A stretch of 56,666 bases of DNA from contig PS015145.1 of NCBI GenBank assembly GCA_048213135.1, positions 31,791 to 88,456 of the forward strand, in the 5' to 3' direction. The translations under genes and the position numbers were made by a program. The stretch is from Reclinomonas americana ATCC 50394 (Eukaryota). The notes below the pieces were generated by a model. That model was not told where the DNA came from and made no database searches. It worked only from the letters and a program-made list of their open reading frames with translations. Positions 13,372 through 24,811 of this stretch are shown piece by piece. Numbering within the stretch: position 1 is the stretch's first letter; every line of letters starts with the position of its first letter.

Positions 13372-16300
13372 TCACGTGCCTGTGTGGAAACCGAGCACAA
13401 GTTGGAGCAGGCAGAACGCTGGCACTGCCGACGATTCCGCCCCGCCAGCAGAGCTTCTACTGGTGATGATTTCGCAACATGGCACCAAGGCAACCGCGCC
13501 ATCCAAGACGGATTCCAACTCTGCGCAGTCGGCACGGACAGTGAGGGAGAGTGAGACAATGCCGCGGGGGAAAAGACAGCACGCACCACTGACAAGCTGC
13601 TGCGGCGACGGTGATTGCACAAAGCCGTGTACGACAGTGGGAATCCACGCTCGAGCCACCGAGATCTGCAACACCGCAGATGGTTGAGATAAACCGCAAG
13701 TTGGTGCCCGGGGATGACAACAACACCTACCTCGCACATCGCATCCTCCAATCCGCAAGCCACGGCACACTGTCTGACTGCTTGTGCGGCTGCTCGGCCG
13801 ACACTATCCAACGTGCACGAACCAGCGCCACTGGCATCAGCTGCGTTGCACACGAGTGAGTTCGTGAGTGGAAGGGCCACGATTGAGCCGTGCATGACGC
13901 ACCAAACATCAAGTGCGCAAACGCCACTCGCCGATCTTCCGCCTCCACCACAACGGCTCGCCATGACACCGATACGCCGTCAACTGTGATTCCAATCTCG
14001 ACTCAGTTCATGGTACACGTGAGGAACACTCGTTGAGGAATGAACCTGTCGCAGCATCATGCACAACCGAGTCGACGACAAAGCGCGACGCCAGCGGACA
14101 CACCTCCACTCGCGCACCGCGTGGCAGTGCATGGACACGAATTACATCACGCACACACTGCACGGACAAGAAAACGAATTGTGAGACACTATAATCATCT
14201 GCGTGTATGGATGTCACGAAACTGCATCGTCGTTGGTGGAACCCCACAAGTCGGCATGATCGTCGTCGCCAACCACACACACCACAGCCGAGTGAACACC
14301 GGAATCCACATGCACGCCAAACACCTGCAGCACCGACTCCACGTGTTGCCAACACAGAGACGCTCCACTGCTCGACGCCAATGTCATGGAGCCCGGATCC
14401 AGTGCGATCTGGCCGGCCGGGAAAAGAATGCCATTGCACTGCAATCAGAGTTATCAGAGCAGCGCTCCGAGATCCTCCACACCGTGTCCATTACCACACC
14501 ACGCAACATCCACACACTGACTGTACGGTCCGATGCACGCCGGCGCCCACGCGGAGATACTTTGCACGTGCAGTGCGCGTCGCGCCACTTGACGGCTGTC
14601 CACCACCACCAACTCCATGTGCAACGTGTCGTCGCCATCCGCACCTTGTATGCACACACTGGGGGGAGGAGGATCAATGAGGGAGGTCAGCGCATCAGTC
14701 AGTGCGGGTCGGGGGCACATACCGTGACGGAGGATTGTGCAAGCCCACGTGTCGACGGTACTCGGCGTTGACGGCGCCAAAGGATTGCATGTCGGCCAGC
14801 ACCAGCATGCAATGCACCGCATCGGTCATTCCGAGACCATGCTGCTCGAGAGTCTCTGCAGATGCGCATGCCCGAGTGAGAGGCAGTCGCACATCGAAGC
14901 AGCATGAGCGTGAAACATCAGCACCTCGAATTGCGCGAAACGCCTGTGCAACCGCCCCGGAAGCACCATCGTGACCGTGTCGCACCGACACAACCACATG
15001 GCACACTGGTCCTCGTTGACGCACTCGGATACATACGCCTGATTGCAGAGATTCATCGCCCGCATCGCTCGCTGGCGGGCTTGCCGAGCAGTTCTCGACC
15101 TCCACCACCTCCTCCACCTCCACGACATCATCGACCTCAGTCACCGTGCCATCCACGTGGCCAGCCTGTGCGCCCTCCTCTTTTTCTTCGGTGTGGTAGC
15201 GCACAATCCGCATGTAGCTGACGGGTGCCCACTCGTCCGTGCAGTGCACCTTCACCTCGGCCTCATCACTGCACGTACGATCATCAGCAGCGCTCACAAC
15301 AGAGCACAGCGCTCACTCCTGCGCAACATGACAATCCGCCGACGAAAGAGTGGCGAATCGAGCGTCAGAGTCTCATATTCGCCGCCTTCGCCACACACAT
15401 GCAAGCCGATTTGTCGGTTCTGTTCTCCACTGCTCTGGTGAGTTCATGCTCTCTCCCTCTTCCTCCACCACTTGCCCATGCATACATACCAGTTCATGAA
15501 ACTGCGGCTGCAGCTCCGCAATCGTCTTGCCGAGATGACGATCCGGATGCAATCCGGCCGCCGCCGTCTTCACCAACACCGCCGTCAGCGGCGCATCGAT
15601 CATGCCCTGCAGCAGAGCCGTCTGATCGCGACGCCACAGGTACGCCAGCGACACCAGCCCCAATCGTGCGCATCTGTGAGGCTCACGAGTGAACACCTGC
15701 AACAGAAGAGAGAGGGGAAGAGAGATGAGAATCACAAACGCAACACATTCTCCACGCGCAGTCGCTGATAGTCGGAGAGGATGGCACCAGAGGACACTGC
15801 CTCGACCTCAGGCATGCGTCGCTGCAACAGAGACTTCATGTCATCAAAGCAAGCACGGATGTGTCTCGGAAAAAAACCTCCCCCAGCTCCACCTTGACAA
15901 AGCGCAGCAGTCTCATGAGATCCTCGGTCTCGTCGCCGGCCGTCGGTGTGGACGAGTACGGCAGCGAGGTGTCGCGTGCATCACCGCGAATGGTCCCGCA
16001 AAAGAGCGGCAATCCAGTGCACTCGGCAAAGGCGCGGACCACGTCCACGGCCACTGTTTGGTACATCCAGCTGTCGAGCTCCTCTGAGGGTGAACAGGGA
16101 GAAGGACGAGAGGAGAAGGTGGGAGGGAGGAGGGGGGAGGGGGAGGGAGGGGGGAGAGAGGAGAAGGAGTAAGGAGAGGAGGGAAGGAGAAGGACGAGAG
16201 GAGAAGGGGGGAGCGAGGAGGAGGGGGGAGGGAGGGAGAAGGGAGAGAAGGTGAGTGAGTGTGGAGTACAGGCAGACAGGCATAATGTGAGAGAGAGAGA

Positions 16301-16376
16301 GAGAAAAGCAAAGGAGGGAGAGAAAGAGGACTTTGTGTGACTGTGTGTGACTGTGTGTGAGACTGTGTGTGCCTCC

Positions 16377-16409
<33 letters not shown>

Positions 16410-16746
16410 TGTGCGTGTGTGTGTGTGTGTGTATCTGTGTCACCTTACTCTTTCACACACACACAGCGTTGCAAATCTCATCCTGTTCTCCTCTCCTCCT
16501 CCTCCTCCTCCCCTTCAGCCTTCCTTCCCTCTCCGTGCTCTCTCTCTCTCTCTCTCTCTCTCTCTCNNNNNNNNNNNNNNNNNNNNNNNNNNNNNNNNNN
16601 NNNNNNNNNNNNNNNNNNNNNNNNNNNNNNNNNNNNNNNNNNNNNNNNNNNNNNNNNNNNNNNNNNNNNNNNNNNNNNNNNNNNNNNNNNNNNNNNNNNN
16701 NNNNNNNNNNNNNNNNNNNNNNNNNNNNNNNAGCAATCACTTTCAT
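13372..16746 (-). CDS. DPH6: Diphthine--ammonia ligase with C-terminal RidA/YjgF-like domains
   Basis: Start MKVIA at 16746 runs into an N gap. Motifs: MYQTV, GDETEDL, GAILSDYQRLRVENV, CARLGLVSLAYLWRRDQ, HVCGEGGEYETLTLDSPLF, LHVQSISAWAPACIGPYSQ, LPRGARVE. The 3' end is approximate. Confidence 0.9.
16340..16566. repeat. (GT)n and (CT)n microsatellites in a DPH6 intron
   Basis: Directly visible; they abut an assembly gap. Confidence 0.95.
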
Positions 16747-16837
16747 CGCAAAATCACACAGAGACAATCAAAGACAAATGACATCACCAAAAACACCCTT
16801 TCCTTACGTTTTCGTGTTGAGTGTTGAGAGAGTAAGG
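16747..16837. promoter_or_regulatory. Probable bidirectional promoter region between DPH6 and LRRC6
   Basis: Divergent ATGs at 16746 (-) and 16838 (+) are separated by 91 bp of relatively AT-rich sequence. Confidence 0.55.
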
Positions 16838-19664
16838 ATGGTGCGTATTACAGAGGAGATGCTGCGCAAGCGGTCGGAGCACAATGAGGTGAGTTGTGTG
16901 TGTGGAAAGAGGGCGGGAAAAGGAAAGAGGCGGGTGATCGTTGTTGACTGACAACTCTCTCTCACAGGGTCAACTGAGTACTCTGGAGGAGGTGCGTCTT
17001 GTGTGTGAGTGTAAGGAGACTGTGCAGATGCTCACACGCAGCTTACACAGATCACGTTGCATCAGTTCGACATTGGTTGGTGATGATGTTCTCTCTCCTC
17101 CTCTCCTCTTCTCTCCTCTCGTTCTCCCCTTCTCTGTTCTCTCCTGTCTCTCTCTCTTCTCCTTCTCTCTCTCCTCTCTCTCTCTTCTCTCCTTCTCTCC
17201 TCTCTCCTGTCTCTCTCTTCTCCTTATCTCTCACCCCCACCTCTCCACATCACAGAGCGCATTGAGCTGCTGGGCGACTACTGCCGCAAGCTGCGCATTG
17301 TGTATCTGCAGAACAATCTCATTCCCAAGATCGAGAACCTGCACCACCTGAAAGAGCTGCGATACCTCAACTTGGCCATCAACAACGTGTCGCGCATCGA
17401 AGGCCTCGAGCAGAACGAGGCACTGGAGAAGTTGGATCTTACGGTGAACTTTGTCGACGATCTGCTCAGCATTGAGTCGCTGCGCGGCAACTACAATCTG
17501 CGCGAGATCTACTTGACGGGCAATCCGTGCACGCAGTACGAGGGCTACCGGGAGTTTGTGATCAATGCGCTGCCGCAGCTGACGGTATGGTCTTTGTGTG
17601 CTTGTTTGTGTCTGCGCGGCTCGGGTGTTCACCTCGGCGTGCAGTGGCTCGATGGGCAGGAGATTACGCGAGGTGAGCGGCTGCTGGCCGCGCAGAGGCG
17701 CGAGGAGGTGCGGGCACGGATCGTGGAGCAGCAGGCGGTGGCGATTGCGGAGAATCAGGAGAAGGAGAGGCAGGCGGCGGAGAAGATCCGCAAGCAGCGC
17801 GAGGACGATGAGGCGCGCATCCAGCGACAACTCGAGCAGCAGAGGGCGGCCGCTGGCGAGGGTGAAGGTGTGTGTGTGTGCACGCGGGAGAAAGAGTGGA
17901 GGGAGTGTCGAGAGATTCATGTGGTGATGTGCACAGGATCGTCAAGTGGGGCGGCGCCTGCGGAACCAGTGGAAACCGATCCGTGGACACTGGCCGTCGA
18001 CGCCAGCAAGGAACACACGTACGGTCACTCACGAACGGAGCGTGTGGCCATCTACAGCGAGATTGAGGAACTGCGACAAAAGGCCGGTGCGTCGCGCACT
18101 GTGGATCCGAACGGACTGACGGAGACTGAGCGAGTTGCGTGGTGGCGCCTTCCTTTTCTTCTTGTTGTTGTGTGCTGACCCAGTGCATGCACAGGCGGGC
18201 AAGGCACCAAAACGCNNNNNNNNNNNNNNNNNNNNNNNNNNNNNNNNNNNNNNNNNNNNNNNNNNNNNNNNNNNNNNNNNNNNNNNNNNNNNNNNNNNNN
18301 NNNNNNNNNNNNNNNNNNNNNNNNNNNNNNNNNNNNNNNNNNNNNNNNNNNNNNNGTGCGCTCCGCTGCCGAGAGCCGCGGTGGCGCCGGTCGCACCTTG
18401 GGCATGGTCAGCACGAGCTCGCCAGTGACGGCGGAGCGCTGCGCCTTTGAGCGTCCCACATGCACCTCCTCGGGGAGCACCAGTTGCAGCAGCTGCGCAC
18501 AACAGTGAGGAGAGGAAAGAAAAAGAACAAGCGTGTGCGCCACACCTTGCCCTTGATGTCGAGGCGAATAAATGTCGGATGCAAGTCGACGTCGATGAAC
18601 GACGAGTCGAGGAACTTGCCCGGCCACACATGCAGCACCACATTCAGGCGATTCTCCTCCTCAAAGCTCCACTTCCACTGGCCCTCGTTTTTCATCATCA
18701 CTCGTCCATACAGTGCAATCTCCTCGTCCACGGTGCGCCGTACNNNNNNNNNNNNNNNNNNNNNNNNNNNNNNNNNNNNNNNNNNNNNNNNNNNNNNNNN
18801 NNNNNNNNNNNNNNNNNNNNNNNNNNNNNNNNNNNNNNNNNNNNNNNNNNNNNNNNNNNNNNNNNNNNNNNNNNNNNNNNNNNNNNNNNNNNNNNNNNNN
18901 NNNNNNNNNNNNNNNNNNNNNNNNNNNNNNNNNNNNNNNNNNNNNNNNNNNNNNNNNNNNNNNNNNNNNNNNNNNNNNNNNNNNNNNNNNNNNNNNNNNN
19001 NNNNNNNNNNNNNNNNNNNNNNNNNNNNNNNNNNNNNNNNNNNNNNNNNNNNNNNNNNNNNNNNNNNNNNNNNNNNNNNNNNNNNNNNNNNNNNNNNNNN
19101 NNNNNNNNNNNNNNNNNNNNNNNNNNNNNNNNNNNNNNNNNNNNNNNNNNNNNNNNNNNNNNNNNNNNNNNNNNNNNNNNNNNNNNNNNNNNNNNNNNNN
19201 NNNNNNNNNNNNNNNNNNNNNNNNNNNNNNNNNNNNNNNNNNNNNNNNNNNNNNNNNNNNNNNNNNNNNNNNNNNNNNNNNNNNNNNNNNNNNNNNNNNN
19301 NNNNNNNNNNNNNNNNNNNNNNNNNNNNNNNNNNNNNNNNNNNNNNNNNNNNNNNNNNNNNNNNNNNNNNNNNNNNNNNNNNNNNNNNNNNNNNNNNNNG
19401 CGCCAGTGGCAGAAGCAAATGGAGGCCGACATGGAGGAGACGGGTGACGGCCCGTATCTCTCTGACGAGGAGGGTGCCGATGATGACGATGATGTGGATG
19501 CAGAGAAGAGATCAACTGGGGAATCCGCAGCCGCCGCCGCCTCTGCACCTCCACCGCCCAAGCCACGAGAGAGTGTGGACTATCGCACAATCGTACGCGG
19601 TGGCAGCGGATCAGTGGCGGCGTCAACACCCGCGATGCAAGAGCGCGAGACTCGACGACTATAA
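16838..19664 (+). CDS. DNAAF11: Dynein axonemal assembly factor LRRC6/DNAAF11 (tilB)
   Basis: MVRITEEMLRKRSEHNE, CRKLRIVYLQNNLIPKIENLHHLKELRYLNLAINN, LYLTGNPC-type LRRcap (IYLTGNPC) and WLDGQEITRGER. The CS-domain exons lie in the inverted contig 18356-18743. Acidic tail, then TAA at 19664. Confidence 0.92.
18356..18743 (-). other. Gap-flanked contig carrying LRRC6 CS-domain exons in inverted orientation
   Basis: The minus strand encodes KNEGQWKWSFEE...KFLDSSFIDVDLHPTFIRLDIKGK|LLQLVLPEEV...AQRSAVTGELVLTMPKV, typical of the LRRC6 CS-like region. Confidence 0.9.
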
Positions 19665-19782
19665 TAATGTGGATGGCGATGATGGAGTGAATGGTACCAG
19701 TCGCTCTTCACTTCCTTTTTCGGTGTGGATATACTGTGTGCTTCCTTGTCTCTTCTCTTGCTTGTGGTGACGGGTGGGGTCT

Positions 19783-22700
19783 TCAACTGTCGTCAAAGTT
19801 GAAGGCGCCCTCCTCGAACAACTCATCCAGGTCGTCGTCCACCACTCGCTTGCCGGCCAGCTTGTTGGAACGAGGAGTGCGCTGCGAGGCCTGCGTTGAC
19901 ATGAGGAATTGAGTGGGCAAACGACAGTGCAGGTGGTGGACTGTGCAGGGAAGCGAACCGAAATGTCGCTGCTGGTGGTGTTCTTGGCGGAACCGGCGCG
20001 GAACTTGTTGCCGGCGGCCACTCGTGCGACCGGCATCTGCGCCACGGTGGTGACACGAGTGCGCTTCTCCTCGACGCGCTTGTGGACCACGGCATTGCCG
20101 CGATCGGCGGATGTCGTGGTCTTGGTGGTGGTTGTCGTGGTCTTGGTGTGCTGCACATCGTCGGAGCTGAACACGGAGAACTCGGACGATCCAGACGAGG
20201 GCTATCGCACATGCAGGGAGAAGGAGCAGGTGAGCCACGTGTGCGCACAAGCGAGGTGCGCAGTTGCGCGAACCGTGTGGGAGCCCTGGGTGGACGACTT
20301 GTACGGCTGTGACTGCTTCGCCCGCAGCTCCGCCACCTGGGCGTCCTATGCCTCACACGCGTGTTGGATAAAGGCGATGCAGGGGACGACAGCGACTGGA
20401 GAACCCGCACTCTCACCAGCAGCTCCGCTTCGCGGGCATACTTGGAGACCAGCTGTGCAACGGTGTCGTTGTAACGCTGCTCAAGCTCCTTGAGCATGGC
20501 CTCCTTCTCCATGGCAGCCTCCAAAGCCTGCTGCTTGCTCTCCAGGTCGCTGGCGTGCTTGCGAGAGGCCTGCTCGAGTTCCTGCAACACGACGTGTGCG
20601 ATTGAGAAACGGTGGAGTTAGCAGCATAGAAGGCGAGCAACAGACCTTGGCGTTGCGTTCGGCGGCCAGGCGCAGCTCGTCGCTCATCAGTTGCTTGATG
20701 TGCCCGTTCTCCTTCTCGATGCGTTCAATCTCGCACATCACGGCCTCCAGCTGACAGTGAGTGTCAGCCGATGTCTCGTCGCCCAGGCTGCGCATCGAGG
20801 CGGCTCGCATCTCGAGATCGGCCACACGTCTCGTGGCCATCTCCACTGCCGCAGTAGCACGTACGAGGTCGTCGCGCAGGGTGCGAGCGTCGGCAGTGCC
20901 CTGCGAGGCATACAGAGATCAGAAGGGGGAAAAAAGCATATGTATCCATCCCCCGTGGAGACTAACCTTGGCGACATCCATGTCAAACGACTCCCGCTGT
21001 GCCTTGGCTCGATGCAGAGCATCGCGGTGTGACTGCAAGTCGTTGACGGACTCGCTCAACGAGCTGTGCCGACAGCTCATAAGTCCACCAAAACAGCCGA
21101 GCGGGGTGAGCCATACAACACAGCACGCACCCCTCGTGTACGTCACACTCGGCCTGATGTCGCGCCATCATGGCGTCCTCGTCGGCCATCAGCTGTTGGC
21201 CGATCTCGCGGTTCTCGTGCAGCTGGACGCGCACCTGCGCCGCCAGAGTGGCCTCCATTTCGTCCACCTGAGCACGCAGCTGCTGTGCGGCATCGGCCGA
21301 CTGCGCGGCATTGCCGCGTGCCTGCTCCACCTCGCCGCGAATGGCCTCGTCCTCCACCTGCAGCGTCGCTCTCACACCTGCAGAACGATGAATGAGAAAG
21401 ATGTGCAATACAGCCACCCGTGCAGCACCACGAAACTCTCCGCGGCCTCCAGCAGCTGCCGCTCCTGCTCTTGCACCGTGGCCCATTGCTGACTGGCTTC
21501 TCGCACGGCTTGATCGCGTTCGAGGCACTCGGCCTGCAGCGCACGCACCAACGCGCGATGCTTGTCGGTGGACTCGATGAGACTCGCCTCGGCGACGGTC
21601 GCCTCTTGCTCCACACGCTGCATGTGCTCGTACATCCCCACAAGCAGTGCGCTCTCACACTCCAGTTGGCTCTGCATGCCGGCAATGTGCTCCTGTGCCG
21701 AGTGCTCTCGCTGACGCAGCGACAGCACATGGCTTTCACTCGCCGCCAGCGACAGTCGACAAGCCTGCGACGGAGCGACGTGGAAAGTGACGTGTGTGTG
21801 TGTGGGTGGATGAACATTCAATGGCAACGTACAGACCTCCACAGTTTCCGCGGTCTGCTGCACTTGCGCAGTGAGTTCGGCGGTGGAGCTCTCGAGCGTG
21901 TCGCTGTCGGCAGTGAGCCGCTTCAGTTCGCCCTCGGCTGCCTCGACCTCGCCTTGCATGGCATGCGACTCATCGCGCAAGCTGGCGAGCTGTGTCTGCA
22001 GCTGCTCAATGTCGTCGCGCTGTGCGGTCAGCGTCTCCGACAGTCCTTGCTGTCGGAGAGTCTCTGCGGGCACAGTGGTGAGTGACTGACCGGCAAGCAT
22101 GGAAAGACGTCGTCGCACCCTTTTGATTCTTCTCGCGACCCAAACGGATGCTCTCCTCGAGATCGGAGCGGCGCAGTTCAGTGGCATGATACTGCTCTTC
22201 GAGGTTCAGAAAGTGCTCGTTGACGAACGCGCTGTACTGTTCATCTGCGACGGGCAATCAGAAGCCACCAGCACGCTTGTGATGAGGAAGGGAAAAAACG
22301 GACGCAACGAAGCTGCATGCCCAGCAAGAAGTCTTCGACGACGACACGCAGCTCCTCCGCCGCCTCGTTCTGCACGGCAATCATGGCTTCGACTTCGGCC
22401 ATCGCGTTGCGCTCTGCGTGGGGCATGTGAAACAAAGAGAAGAGAAGAGGGGAAGAATGGAAGAAGGAAGAAAGTACGAGAGAGAGAGAGCCAACTCCAT
22501 GGTGAGGATACAAGCGACACACACGCGTACCTTCCTTCTCCACCACAGCAAGGAGGCACTGCTCGGTGCGGAGACGCTCCTCGACTGCCACCAACTGACG
22601 CGCCTCATCCGCCAGCTCCACGGCGACAGCCTCCTGCAAGCAATGTGAGACTCCCTCCTCTTGTGCCTCTGTGCGCGCACTTGCCTTTTTCTGCGCCAGC

Positions 22701-23012
22701 TCCGAGGCCTTGCGTTGCTGCACCTGCAAGTGACCTGCATGACAAAAACCAGTCAGAGACAATGACACAGAGAGAGAGAGAGAGAGAGAGGAACAAAAGG
22801 TAAACGAAACGCGCAGTGGCCCGCAGTGACTCGAAGCGAGATGATGGCTTGGTGCGCGCAGGTGCCAGTGATGCAGCAGCAGCAGAGAGCCCAGTTGAAG
22901 TGCGATTGGTGACATCGCGCAAAGGTTGTTGCACTTGACCTTTGCCAGTGGCCACACGCACTCCTCCTCCACTGCCACTGCCACTCATCGCCGACGCAGT
23001 GCCAGCAGACAT
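19783..23012 (-). CDS. Long coiled-coil protein of unknown function
   Basis: Multi-exon gene with E/Q/A/L-rich heptad exons, N-terminal PLRDVTN (destruction-box-like), and a basic S/T-rich tail ending LDELFEEGAFNFDDS*. Confidence 0.7.
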
Positions 23013-23134
23013 TGTCACCCTGAAACGCGCGCGCTCTCTCTCGCTCACTTCAAGTGCGTGTGACAATACAAAAAGAATGCGCGATGCTCGCGCGCGACTG
23101 TCTACTCACATTCACTGTCCTCCGTAAGAGTCAC

Positions 23135-24734
23135 TCACTTATCTTCTGGTCGCACAACGACGGCCGGAGTCTGCTGCCGCGCTGGCGGGTGCGCGCGTGT
23201 CGACGGTGGCGAGATGATGTCCCACATGTTGGCCCATATGGAACCGCGGTCGTAGAAATTGCGAACTTCCACCTCGTTCCACACTCGTTCCAGTTCCTCT
23301 TCGGTGACGGTCTCGTCGTTGAGGTTGATTGCGGCCGCTGATTGTGAGCCGGCTCCACGTTGCTTGATGTGGCCGCTGGAAGAGGCGGGATTGGAAGGGG
23401 TGCAACCGGGCGGCTCCTTGGCACCGCGCTTCGGCTTGTCCTTTTTCTGTTGCTTGGCAGTCGACGTCTTCTTGTCGTCGACAATGCCACCGGCGAGACG
23501 CAGCTGCCTCCGGCGACGGTAGTAGTCGGCGGTGGAGTGGATGTCTTGCCACTTGAATGACTCGGCGGTGGTCATGTTGCGCGACATGAGGTACTTGGGC
23601 GAAAGGAGAAGTGAGCCGAGACAATGGTTGCATGCACGTCGCCACCACAACGAAGACGCACCAGGTGGTACACAGTGAACCACAACAGGAACCCAACAAA
23701 CACCGCGGAGAGGATGAAGAGGAACACCAGCGCCGAGTAGTAGCTCATCAGATACTGAGCGGGAAAGCATGAGCGAGAAGCGTGCGCAGGGGTGAGCACG
23801 AGCTGCACACCTGCAGAATGGTCCAGTGCGTGGGCCAGTACATCTCCTCGGTCTCATACACCACAAACTGGCGGTTGTACAGATCCTGCGAGGTGACAAT
23901 GTGCATCGCGGTGGCCAGCGCCGTGTACATGCCATACGACACCATGGCGAGGTTGACAAAGAGGAACGCCATAAAGTGGCGATAGTTGAGCTCGCCAATG
24001 TCGGTGTTGAGCCACACACAGTGGTGATCCATGCGCTGCGACACGCGTGTGAGCGGTGAAGAGACACACAACAAACAAAGGAAGAGTTGTCTGCCACACG
24101 CAACTGCAACACACTGATTGCACACGGAGCAGTGCTTGGAGCGCGCGGGTCGCTCAAACTTGCACGTGCCACACGTCTTCTCCACGTACAACAGCTGATC
24201 GAGCTCATATGCTGCCGCGTACTTGGCCACATTCCGCTTGGTGATCACTCCCGGGTCGGCAAACGAGGCCCACACAAACATGGCCAGTGACGCGCCAACA
24301 ACAACCGTACCACCATACCTTCACGAGAGAGAGACACACACACAGGATGAGCGTCTTGCTTGTCTGTGTGTGTGTGTGTGTGCGTGTGTGGCGACTCACT
24401 GATGCGCCTCTGAGAGGTACTCGTGTGGCAACTCGGCGGCGACCGTGTCCTCGAAAAAGTAGAGGCCCGTGAGCAGCAGCAGCACGTAGAGGATCTGCAC
24501 GAGTGGGTTGGGCGTGCGAGTCACGTAGTGCTGCAGGCGGTGCCAGAGAGTGCGCGGTGGGGCATTGTCGCCTGTGACTTGTGATCGTCGTGTGCAGTCG
24601 AGCTTTTGCAGGAGGGCTTCGCGGGTGCGGCCGACCCATGTGTTCTGCAGAGCGGGTGTGTTGCCGCAGCCGCAGACGAGCAGGAGGAAGCCGCCGGTGG
24701 CGGTGTAGAGGGTGAGGATGATGGCGGGCCACAT
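23135..24734 (-). CDS. DHHC protein S-acyltransferase (SWF1/ZDHHC4-like)
   Basis: ADPGVIT, CGTCKFERPARSKHCSVCNQCVA|RMDHHCVWLNTDIGELNYRHF, NMTTAESFKW and NFYDRGSIWAN, plus several TM helices. Confidence 0.92.
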
Positions 24735-24811
24735 GAAGAAGAGAAGGGATGGATAGTGAAAGTCCTGTCCGCCTGTTGTTGTTGGTGTTGCAAACTAAAC
24801 AGACGCGGGCT
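24735..24811. promoter_or_regulatory. Probable bidirectional promoter between the DHHC gene and NLR-like copy 1
   Basis: Divergent ATGs at 24734 (-) and 24812 (+) are 77 bp apart. Confidence 0.5.
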
